64,000 nucleotides of DNA from the NCBI RefSeq assembly GCF_000143415.4, contig NW_003314295.1, forward strand, positions 124,001-188,000, given 5' to 3'. Numbering within the stretch: the stretch's first letter is position 1; each line of letters starts with the position of its first letter. Positions 46,307-59,620 of this stretch are shown here, one piece after another. The stretch is from Selaginella moellendorffii. Lineage: Eukaryota > Plantae > Lycopodiophyta. A program made the position numbers and the translations under genes. The notes beneath the pieces are model-generated. The model ran no database searches. It was not told the origin of the DNA and was given only the letters and a program-made list of their open reading frames with translations.

Positions 46307-48901
46307 TCAAGTCCCGGCCGGTACAGTCTTGGCCTTCGCTGCCGCTGCCGCCGCCGCCGCAGCAGCCGCTGCTGCTGCTGCCGCCGCTGCTGCCGACTGT
46401 GGAGGAGTGGGGACGAGCGCGGGTGGAGTTGGCAGTGGACTCGGCAGCGGAGCTCCCTGGGAGCTCACTTGAGCGAGCAGTGCCTTGATCTGCAACCCCG
46501 TTAGCGTCTCGCGTTCCAGGAGGGCCTTCGCTAGCGCGTGAAGCTCGCGCTGGTGCGTGGTAAGGATCGTCTTTGCATTGTCGTAGGCCCGTTGGAGCAG
46601 CTCCCGGACCTCGTTCTCGACCAGCAGCCTCGTCTCCGTGCTCATGTTCTTGCCGTCGTCTTCGTAGTTGTGGGACACGACCCCCACCTCCTTGCTCATG
46701 CCGTACTTGGTGACCATCTCGCGGGCCAGCCGAGTCGCCGACTTTATGTCCGAGGCCGCCCCCGACGTGACCTCGTTCTCCCCGAAGATGAGCTCCTCCG
46801 CCACCCTTCCCCCCATGCAAACGTCCAGCCTTGCCAGCATCTGCTTCCGCGAGAAGCTCGTCTCGTCCTTGTCTGGCAGCTGCGCGACCATTCCCAGTGC
46901 CATTCCCCGCGGGACGATAGTGGCTTTGTGGACGGGGAGAGCGCCGTCCGTGTGGATCGCCACTAGCGCATGACCGCCTTCGTGGTAAGCTGTGAGCTGC
47001 CGGGATTCTTCTGAGATCACGGCCGACTTCCTTTCACTTCCCATCATGATCTTGTCCTTGGCGTACTCGAGGTCCTCCATCCCCACATTCTTCTGACCAT
47101 CCATGGCTGCTTTAAGAGCTGCTACGTTCACCAAGTTCGCGAGATCCGCACCGGAGAAGCCAGGAGTGCCTCTCGCTATGATCGACAAATCCACATCCTC
47201 GTTTTTAGGAACCTGGAAAGAACAAGATTTAACAAGAGAATCAGCAAGGATTGAATTCTACCTTGGTCATGTGAGAATCTAGAATTTGCCTGCGGCCTTC
47301 CACGTCTGGATTTGGAACCACCACATGCCGATCGAACCGACCAGGACGGACAAGCGCCTTGTCGAGAGATTCGGGGAAGTTCGTAGCCGCGATCACTATG
47401 ATGCCTTCGTTTTGCTTGAAACCGTCCAGCTCCACCAACAGCTGGTTCAGTGTCATCTTCATGTACTGTTGGTCCTTGGGATTTCGGCTCCCACCTATTG
47501 CATCAATTTCGTCCATAAAGATTATGCATGGCGAGCGCTTCTTCGCAGCTGCGAATAAGTCCCGCACTCGCCGAGCACCAACTCCGACGAACATTTCCTC
47601 GAACTCGCTCCCGCTGCAATAGAAAAACGGTACCCCTGCTTCACCAGCAATTGCCCGAGCCAGCATCGTCTTTCCTGTCCCAGGAGGCCCAACCAGAAGG
47701 ACGCCTTTCGGTAGCTTGCCACCTAAACGGGTAAATTTCTGCAAAGAAGCAACCGAGACTGGAGTTACAAACCGGAGAAACACGAAAGAAAAATAGATAA
47801 AGCAATGACCTTTGGATCCCGAAGATAGTGAACAATCTCCTCCAACTCCGCTTTGGCTTCGTCGACTCCTTTCACGTCACTGAACTTGGTGTTAGACTCC
47901 AAGCTTGGCTGTACCTCCTCATTGAGACCCAGCCCTGCCAGGAACCAGGGGCGTGAGTAAGACCTCCTTTCCTATACAGACAAGGATGCCAGTTCAACAC
48001 GTAGGCAAGACCTTAAAACAAACGCATCCATGCATTGCAAGCCATGCTCTACGATGCTTACCTTTGCTGAGGCCCTTGTCCTCGATAATGGCCCCAACGC
48101 CAGAGAGAAGTAGAAAGCCCAGAGCCAAGGTTCGAACAGTTCGCCACACTTGAACTCTAAAACCTCCTTCGGACGTGACCATGTGGATTGGCGCACTGGG
48201 AGAGCCCAAAATTCCGTCTTTCGTGGCTGTTCCTACTGCCGGAAACGCCGAAGACATGATCGGTCGCGCCTCAGCTTGAAAACTTCCTAGCGATGCAGTT
48301 GCTCCTACACGGTTAAAACAAAATAAAAGAGGATCAGATCCGATAAAGAAAGAGTTACAGCGTTTACCTCTTTGCAGCGTTTTCAACAAGGCACTGTCAT
48401 CGAGCCTATCGACCTTGACGAGAGCTTTGAGATACTCGGCCAAAGCACCGGCGCTGTGCTGCGGAAGTGGTCTACTCTCGAACCACCAAATCACTCCCTC
48501 GGGATCCACCTTGTTAAGATCTCTTAGAAACTTCACTTGTTTCTCCTGAGCATCGGGCCCTCCTTCTCTCTCCAGCTGCTCCAGCCTTCTCGAGAAATTG
48601 CTTGTGTAGCTGGACATGCAGCGTCTCTTGAGGCGATTCAACACGATCCCTGCGCCATCCGAAATTCAAGCATCATTAGCAACGGGAAGAGGACGAGGGA
48701 AATCGGATAGAAAAATGCCTGCATCCAGCTGCTTCAACACAATCGCGCGTCCCAGCCCATACAAGGATGTCGCCGACACCATCTGCTTGGCGGAGGAGCC
48801 TCCCTGTTGTCGAAATCCGCGGGCAATCAGCGCGGGCGCAGCCCTAATGGGAGAGAGGAAAGAGAGCGCCATACCTTCTCCAGCAACTGACGCCATGCCA
48901 T
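46307..48901 (-). CDS. FTSH4: Mitochondrial i-AAA metalloprotease FtsH4
   Basis: MAWRQLL start; Walker A GPPGTGKT; Walker B IIFMDE; [11 protein letters not shown]; HEGGH zinc motif; C-terminal poly-Ala. Boundaries of the first exons are tentative. Confidence 0.93.
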
Positions 48902-49266
48902 GCCGCCCGAGCTCCCAAAATCGATCCTTCACGCGCTAGGGCGCCCTGGCAGCCACCGCCTCCTGGAGAAGTCCCCAAACCATCAAGAACACGAGAATGC
49001 CCAGAGGGTTTCAACCCCTTCTTCTCGCTCCTCCGCGTTTCGATTCCCCCTGCCAGCCCTAATTTCGTGGCATATTCTCCCGCGTGAGGCGGAATATTCT
49101 AAAAGTACACATTCGAAAAAAAAAAACCCCAGCCTTTTGGCTGGTTATATAATACAAAGAAAACTGTACATTCTCTTCATTGTAAAAAATGTTGTGCTAA
49201 CGTTATGGGGGCAGCACCGAGTTTCTTCGTTCTTTAGAATTTCTTCCACGAAAACCAGTCGATCGA

Positions 49267-52200
49267 TCATCGGTTCTGGAAGTTGAAAACTTTGATGCAG
49301 ATGGCGAAGCACACCGCGAAGACGACGACGAGGCCGACGTGAACTCCGGCCACGACGCCCAAGAAGTCGTGCCTGAACCCAAAGTAGGACCTCAAGAAGC
49401 GCTCCACGGTCGTCTCTTCGCCGTCGGCCCGGAACAACGGCGTGGTGACATCTCCAAGCTGAGACGTGAGGAGGCCGTAGAGAGACCACGCCGGTGGCGA
49501 GGCCCAGTAGTACCACCTCCACCACACTGGAATCGCCTGAGAGACACCAAGAAACAAACCAAAGTGTTAAGAAATCGGAAAAGAAATGTGTGGAATTCAT
49601 GAACTTACGGGTCGAGGGATGATGAAGCCAGAGAACAGGTTCCAGATTGCGTAGAATGCCGAGGATACGATGGCTGCAATCTGGTCGTTGGGTGTCAGCG
49701 CCACCGTCACCATGCCGTAGAGCGTGAAGTAGAGGAACGTCATGTACAAGAAGAAGATGAACCACAGGAACTTGGCTGCTGTCCATTCCAGCTGCATCGT
49801 CGCGTACACAATGAGTCCATACGTGAAGGCTTGCACGAACACGTAGGGAATCTCGATCAGGACCTGGACGCACGGAGTTTTCCTTGATGAGTCAAACGAA
49901 ATCTGAAGAGTCGGATGTATGCCTTACCTGAGCAAAAGCATATGGAAGGGGAGAGTACATTCCAGCGGCTCTTTCTCGATAGTAGACCGTTCGCTCGACA
50001 GCAACGACTGGCTGTACTCCTGATGCATTGCTGACCCCAAGGAAGAGCACAGCAGCGTATATAGATCCCATCAGATTAAAGAGGTCTTGTTCTCTTGATC
50101 TGCTCACGAGAGAAAGGCAGGAGTCAGAACCAACGCTCGATTGAACTACACAGCGTTTACCTTTTGGAGCCGATGTCCCAAAACATTGTGCCAAACATTA
50201 TCGCGACAACCAAGGTGAAGAACATGCGAACCAGAACGTAGTATGGATTTTTCCAGTATGACTGATGTTGTTTCCACAAGCATCCCATGACCTGTCCGAG
50301 GAACGACAGAGGGTATTGCGTTGGAAACCATATGTCTTCCGTGCCGGGAACCGGAGTGCTCAGCTGAGTAATAATAGCTTCATTGTGCCTAGACACACCA
50401 GTGGTTTAGCCAAGAAAGAGATAATGGTCAAGTGTGCTTACTGGTAGACTGAAGAAGTTTTATAGATGTCCGCAAAATCTACTCCCAGACGATTCTCCAC
50501 GTCTGCAGCGGTAACCTCTAACATCCATGTAGCTGGATTGTATCCTTCTCTTATGTTAGGAACACCGCTAATACCCTGGGGAAATTAATCCATATAAATC
50601 ATCTCAAGTCTGCAAGAACAAAGCAAGCGACTTACCTGGAAGTATTCAACAAGTTTGTGCGAGTTCTTTCCCAAGGAACCTGCGTAGATAACGCGCCCTC
50701 CGCGTTTCATCAACAGAAGCTGGAGAAAGCAGGCAGGTTTTCAAGAGAGTTTGCAAGGTAATAATCGCGTACCTCATCGAAGGCCTCAAAAATGTCAATG
50801 CTAGGCTGATGAATGGTGCAGACGACAGTGCGACCGGTGTCGACAGTGTTCCGGACCGTTCTCATGACAATTGCTGCCGCTCGTGCATCCAGTCCGGAAG
50901 TTGGCTCGTCCATGAAAATGATTGAAGGATTTGCAACGAGCTCCACGGCAATTGTCAGTCGTTTCCGCTGCTCGGTCGAAAGTCCATCAACTCCAGGGAG
51001 ACCAACCAACGCATCCCGGAGAGGGTTAAGCTCTACAAGCTCCATAACTTCTTCCACAAACATCTGTTCCAAAACTCACCTTAGCAAATTTGACTACGAA
51101 AAACATCTCTCTCCTTACCTTTTTCGTCCCCTTATCAATGTCATCCGATAGTCGGAGCCAAGCAGAATAAACCAGTGACTCGTACACTGTAACGTTGGGT
51201 GAATGAATGTCAGTTTGTTCGCAATAACCCGAAATCCTAGCAAAAGTAGCCTGGTTTTTGGGATAGCCGGAGATGCGAATGTCGCCTTCAATGTAGCCAC
51301 CAGTTTTACGCCCGGCTAAAACATCCATGAGAGTTGTCTTTCCAGCACCGCTTACACCGACAAGAGCCGTGAGAACTCCAGGCCTGAAGCTACTGCTTAC
51401 GTCATGCAGCAACTGTAATCTATTTTCTGTCACGCCTTGTTGCTTCATTTCCTGTTACAAGTGCATTAGAACTCAATATCCTACAAAGGAAATGCGTAAA
51501 AGCATACCGCGGGCATGTCAACGTAGTAGTTAACATGATTGAATGACATTGCTAAAGGTTGAAACGGGAGTATCATTCCCCTTTTAGAATCGGCACCCAT
51601 TCGACCAGACGTAAGCTCCAAATCTCCTGGCATTCGATGTTAGACCATATAATGAAATTTGTGATGGCGCCATTACCTGCATTAGAAGATCTGCCCGATC
51701 GCTTTGATTTTGCACGCACTGATCTTTCTGAGACTTCGCCGGTGCGGTTCACGTTTTGCTCTTCTAGTATTTCCTCAGACACTACGGCCTGCGGGTTTCC
51801 AGGAGCTGTTTAAATAGAAAAAATGAGTACCTACATGGAGAAAAGAAATAGATTTCTACGTACCGCTGAAGTAAGCGAGTGCCAAAGTGAAAAAAACGTT
51901 GAAGAAAATGGCATAAGCCAACTGAGCACCAGTTCCAAGCCAATACCAGTTTTTATTGGGGAACAGGCCTCGAGACTCTAGAACTTGGTTGCCAACGGTG
52001 GTGGTCTGATTGGCATTTTCGAGAATCTGCCATCTTGATGCACTGAACTCGTTCACGGCAAGCGCATTCTGTGCGTACATCATGGGCGACGACCAATATC
52101 CCCAAATCCACCAAGGTTCAATGTCCTCTGGAAATTAAAGACCATTATAAGTTGTGCTACCTGAGTATAGTCAATGGATTACCTCTAGAAAGAAGAAAAC

Positions 52201-54827
52201 CACCGAGGACAAGAACTATCAGCAGCGCGAAAGAGCCGAAGGTGTTCGCTACAACCATAGTCCGAGAAAGTGAAGCAATGAATCGGAAAAGACCTCCCGA
52301 CATTTGATGAATTAAGAACATGAGGAGGAACTGCTGGAAGAATCTGAAACGCTCAAACATAAAATATCAACACTATTTCTCACTTGACATCAATGTAACA
52401 AACCTGGCGGCACTAGGAGCAAATCCAACCACGTAGTACGTCATGCACACCCAAAGTGCTGATTCGAGCAGGGACACTGGAATTCGAGTGATCAAGGTAG
52501 GAAGAGAAAATGCCCACGCAGGAAATAGCATCTGGTCCCGCTGCTTGTAAAATACTGGAAGGCGCGCAATGGTCATCGCCAACTCCGCAAATCCATTAAA
52601 CATGACGATGATCAGGCCGAAGAACAAGGCTCCCATGTAGAGACCGCCATCGCCAACAGTTCTGTGATGCATTTCGGTCCGGAGAAACACAGTCATCGTG
52701 ATAAAGGCCAGAAGAATCAGCTGCATTGGAAATTTTAGTATCAGATATATGGATTTTAGTCTTCGATAACATACCTGAGAACCTTTGAACACGTAGACGA
52801 ATGAGTTCCTCTTCATCAAAAGTATCTCCCGCGCCAAGAGAGCCTTGAAAAGCTCCCAGTTACTAAGAGCGTACTTCTGAGTGACAAGAGCTGCCGGATG
52901 GCTTTTACTCTTGTCAAAAGGCCGCGCCAATTCTTCAGCAATGTTCTGACCGACATGGAACTTTTGAAAGGCATCCGCGAACTCCTGGACAGGTATAAAT
53001 CTGTATGGCATCCTCTTGTCAGCCCAATACTGTTCCTGGTCTTTCCTTGACGTAACTTCTTGCAAAAAGTCCGCGACACCTTTCCTCGGAGGACATTTAA
53101 ATCCCTTCGTCTCGAAGAAATCCAACACGAGTTCCCGGGGCCCCTGATATACAATCTGCCCCTCCGATAGAAGAATCAAGTCGTCGAAAAGCTCAAACGT
53201 CTCGGGAGCAGGCTGGAGCAAGGAGATGACCATGGTAGCATCGAGCACATGGACAAACTGCCTTAAGCTCTTCACTATCTGAAATGTGGTCGAGCTGTCA
53301 AGACCGGTTGAAATCTCGTCCATGAAAAGAGACTTTGCAGGCCCAACGAGCATCTCTCCTGCAAATTAAACATTTGTCATAAACAAATCGTGACCAAAAA
53401 GCTTCCAAGTCTTACCTGTAGTGACACGCTTCTTTTGTCCTCCAGAAATACCCCTGCGCATGGCGTCTCCGACAAGTATATCAGAACAAACGTCCAAACC
53501 CAAAATCTGGAAGCGAAAAAATGCATGAGAACCGCGAATTCTCTTTGATCACGATCCAAAACACGCTTACCTTCAGCACATAGTCCGTTACAATGGAGGT
53601 CTCCTGACCCTCTATAGCCGACGCCTGTAAGAAACTCGTAAGAACGCTGCCAACCAAAAAGTGCTTATTACCTTCATGAACGCATCAACATCAGGATCCG
53701 GTTTGATCTTGGCATTTTTCTCCCGTCTTGAAAGCTCCGTTATCATCTCTGACACAAGTTATAAGAAAGTCAATTCCACTTGCACGCCAACCCAGGACGT
53801 TGCTTACCATATCTGCTTCCCACGCCTTGACACCTAGAAGCAAAATCAAACGTCTCCCTCACTGTCAACTCCCCGCTATGCAAGTCGTGTTGGCTTATGT
53901 AAGCAGAAGTCCTTTGAGGCACAAATTCAGTCAATGTGTGGCCATTGTAGGTGACTCTCCCAGAAACCTGTAAAGTAAAATCTAAGATGAGAACCATCTC
54001 CTAAAAGCTAGAGGACTTCCTTGCCTTAAGGCTTTGGTCCAACTTTCCAGAAAGCGCCAGAAGCAGCGTAGTTTTCCCTGCGTTAGGAGGGCCTAGCAGA
54101 AGTGTCATCCTGTAGAGAAGTATGAGCACAAGATTTTTCGCCGAAAGCTGCAGCAATTTCGTTACCTGGAAGGCTTCACGATACCACTAACGTTGCGCAA
54201 AATCGTGAGGACGTGTTTCTTAGAAGGGAGCAAGTGTAGCTTTCCCAAGATTTGCTGGAAAAACAAATCACAACAAAAAAGTAAGAGCCAGAGAGCGATG
54301 AAAAGATTTTTTCGTTAATAGTACGAACCTCGGACATGTTGATGACAAAGTTAAGCAGCGTCGGTAGAGCTCGCTTGCCGACACGTACATCAGCTTCGAT
54401 TTGAAGTCCTTCGTACCTCACCTCGATTTTGGGAAGGTCTATCCCGACTCTGACACAATTGTTCCAAGAGTGAGAAGAAACTCGAATCAAAACATTTCTA
54501 CTACCTGTCGATCCTTTCCCGGAGCTTACGGATGAACATCTCGTTCTCCGTGTCCGTTGTTGCCAAGAGCTTCTCCACAAGATTCCTCCTCTCCGTGAGG
54601 CCCAAGGACTTGACATCAATGTGCTCGTGGCGAGTGCTCCCATGCTCGCCCACATTCTTGATTATGGCCGTCCGGAGGCGATCGTATGTGGGAAGCTTCT
54701 CCAGCGCGGCCCATTTCAGGGCCTCCTCATCGTCCACCTCCCTGACCGAGCTGCGCGAGAAGACATTTTCCGTCCACGATCGCGAGCTCGCCGCTCTCAT
54801 CAGCTCCACGTCGGTCGGAGCCGCCAT
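49267..54827 (-). CDS. PDR/ABCG: Full-size ABCG (PDR) transporter, about 20 exons
   Basis: [108 protein letters not shown]. Confidence 0.96.
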
Positions 54828-55865
54828 CGCTCCCCCCTTTTCCCCTCTTTCGCGATGATCCAATGCAATCTTTTCAGCAATATCTGGAATTCCGGGGCGA
54901 GGCGACCTACAAAATTCCACCCCCGATTCGACGAGCTACCACTAGAAGTCGAGTCGATCGAGATCCAGATCCCAGATCCTGGCGCTACATCCCTGGATCG
55001 ATCGAGGAACGGAAAAGAGTTTGGGAGCTAGGGCTTTATATATTTGAAGATATGATAACTTCTTTGGACCATGACCCAAAAACTTCTACACACAACCCCA
55101 TGCTGCTCCATGGAAGCTTCACATTTCGACGCTTCTAATGATCCAAGGGCTGGGATGGGATCTGACGGTCCAAACGCTTGACTAGATAGCACACGTGATG
55201 CTGTAGACCTCTCCTATGGAACATATGGAGAGTCCTCGCCATTAGAAAAAAAACTGTTCTAAGTAGGAGTGCTCTTCTCGACGCCGCCGCACACGCTTTG
55301 GCGTGGATGCAAAGTTTTCTTCCCGGGTTTTTGCGCGAAATTTCGAAACAGAAGCGTTGACCGCAGGGACAAGGGGTGAATATGCCGCGTACACCAGTTC
55401 TTTCAGCGATGGTGTTTGACCTGGAAGATTGACACCACCAAAAAGATTGGAAAAAAGAATGGTGGTTGCGACCGAAATCGTTCGGCTATTCAATGTGACC
55501 TGATCAAAGGTGTTTAGAAAGTTGCTAATTGTAGTAGCTTTTGATTACTAGAGAAATCTTGGAGTTATTTTATTCAATATAATAAATGGATTCAATCTCA
55601 CAGATAACTAGTTTGCAATAATTGGAGTCAACTTTGATTTGCGATCTTTGAGCAGCATTCAAGATAGTACCACCACCTAGGATTACTAGCAGTTTTTTAA
55701 GTACAACTTGTTGTAGAGTTTGATCTCATTACTAGCAGCTTTTAAATACAATATGTGCTGTCATAAGATCTCACTGATTTTATTCGTCTTCGCTATATGC
55801 TAAACACTCGCGTTTGCAATCAAAACGATTTCAAAGAAAGCGATTGAGATTCTCATCTTGTAACC

Positions 55866-57998
<2,133 letters not shown>

Positions 57999-58007
57999 TT
58001 GCCGCTA

Positions 58008-58030
58008 AAACCCTAACCCAAGAACCCTAA
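58008..58030. promoter_or_regulatory. Telo-box motifs (AAACCCTAA, AACCCTAA) immediately upstream of the ELP3 start
   Basis: Motif match only; telo-boxes are common near plant translation-related genes. Confidence 0.5.
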
Positions 58031-58259
58031 AGAAAAAGTTGAAATATATTTTTGAGAAAAAGAAAACTATAGTTAATCACACTCTCTCTAAAATTTAAAA
58101 AAAAATTCAAATAACTAAATAAACTTTTTCATTTTATTAGGTTATTTGAATATAGTTTTTTTTTTAAATTCCATTCGTAGTTATGTTTTACATTAATGTG
58201 TTAGTAATGTTTTGCGCACAGCTGGCGGGCAGACAGTAGATTGGATTTATAAACTCCAT

Positions 58260-59183
58260 TTAGAGATTTTGTTTCCTGTGATTAATGGAAGCCCAAATTG
58301 CTTTTACATGAGTCATTCCATCAAAAGGCGTGTACTTGTAGATCACGAAGTTGCCATCGTCCTGAAGGGATGCTGCATAGCTTGCTGTAGCATCGTCAGC
58401 AATTTCTGACTCCCATGCTGGATTTGCATTCTCTCGCTTGTACACAGCTAAGACACCATTTTTGTGAAGGACGGCATAACAGTTGCTGCCTTTGCCCCAA
58501 GAATCACTTGCCCATCTAGCCACATTCTGGCTATCATAGAGGACAAGGTTGCAATCGCTCTGCATGACCAGCGTGTACCATGCATTTGCTGACCTGAGAT
58601 AGTGATTGGTGTATATGTACGTCCCATCCTCGTACTTGTCCGTATAATCAACCTTGCTGAACAGGGTATTGAATTTGGGATCGCAGTCCCCTTGCACATT
58701 AGGTCCGGCAAGTTCAGGTGCAAGCGCTCCTGGCTGTGCAGCAGCACGGTCACCAGTACTGGTATCACCAGATTCCTGACACCGAATCTGCAAGATGTGT
58801 TCGGTACCTACAATGCTAGCAAATCCACCTCTGATGGCTCGTTCCCACAAGTGTGGCAGGAGATCCACAGCATACTTATTCAGCCGCTCCCATGGTACCA
58901 AGTTTAACCACTGTGGGTCAGATGAACACGACGCTTCGTTCAACAACCAAGCCTCAACCCAGACACTTCTTCCCTCGACATTGATAATCTGATCTACAAG
59001 TATTTGGCCAGCATAGTAAGCGTCCCGATAAGGAACATTTCGTAAGAAATTCAAGACTTTATTCATGAGCACACTGGCCCCTTGCTGAGTTAGTCTACCA
59101 GGTGACCCTGTAGGGTTTATCGACATCCCATGAGAAACAACCAAACACAGGCATAGCATGGATGCCACAAGAAGGAGAGACAT
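58260..59183 (-). CDS. Putative secreted protein: signal peptide + unknown ~160-aa domain + C-terminal bulb-type (GNA/B) lectin domain
   Basis: MSLLLVASMLCLCLVVSHG signal-like N-terminus; QxDxNxVxY motifs MQSDCNLVLY and LQDDGNFVIY; WAS/WES motifs. Start tentative (ORF is open to 59378). Confidence 0.8.
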   Translation of the reverse strand: MSLLLVASMLCLCLVVSHGMSINPTGSPGRLTQQGASVLMNKVLNFLRNVPYRDAYYAGQILVDQIINVEGRSVWVEAWLLNEASCSSDPQWLNLVPWERLNKYAVDLLPHLWERAIRGGFASIVGTEHILQIRCQESGDTSTGDRAAAQPGALAPELAGPNVQGDCDPKFNTLFSKVDYTDKYEDGTYIYTNHYLRSANAWYTLVMQSDCNLVLYDSQNVARWASDSWGKGSNCYAVLHKNGVLAVYKRENANPAWESEIADDATASYAASLQDDGNFVIYKYTPFDGMTHVKAIWASINHRKQNL

Positions 59184-59620
59184 GGTTTCTCTATTATGGA
59201 AATGCATGCTCACAGAATTTGCTGACAGACTTTCACAACACGAATGCATCATACACTTCCTATTTTGGAAGAGGAGGCAGAGGACAAACATGGATGACAA
59301 TATTTTGCTTTGCTGCAATGCTGTGGCAAAAATGGTCGTCATAACATATTCATAGTAAAGTGCATGTGCCTTTGCCACGTGACGTTCATTGCCTTTTAGC
59401 TCTGAATCGAGGTGTTGAGGTGTTTACCTTGTCCATGAACCCCACAGAATCGACCAGTGGGATAGGGACAAAGAACAGCCTGAACACCTTTGGCAGTGGT
59501 TTTCCAACAAACACAAATATTACAAAACAAAAGCATATGTATTATATAGTAATATACATACTATTTCTTGGGTTTCTTTTTCTTTTTCTACCCTTGGCAA
59601 TTTTGTGTCTATCATGGTTT

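Noticed and set aside
48652-48718. Possible third GC-AG intron in the FTSH4 5' region
   Set aside because: Frame fits but the donor context (AG|GCATTT) is weak and the N-terminus is poorly conserved; cannot support without cDNA.
37679-54827. Triterpene biosynthetic gene cluster (SQS + transporters)
   Set aside because: No oxidosqualene cyclase, P450 or other tailoring enzyme; neighbours are housekeeping genes.
55240-55500. Possible ncRNA or small ORF upstream of the PDR gene
   Set aside because: Only short scattered inverted repeats; no recognisable family features.
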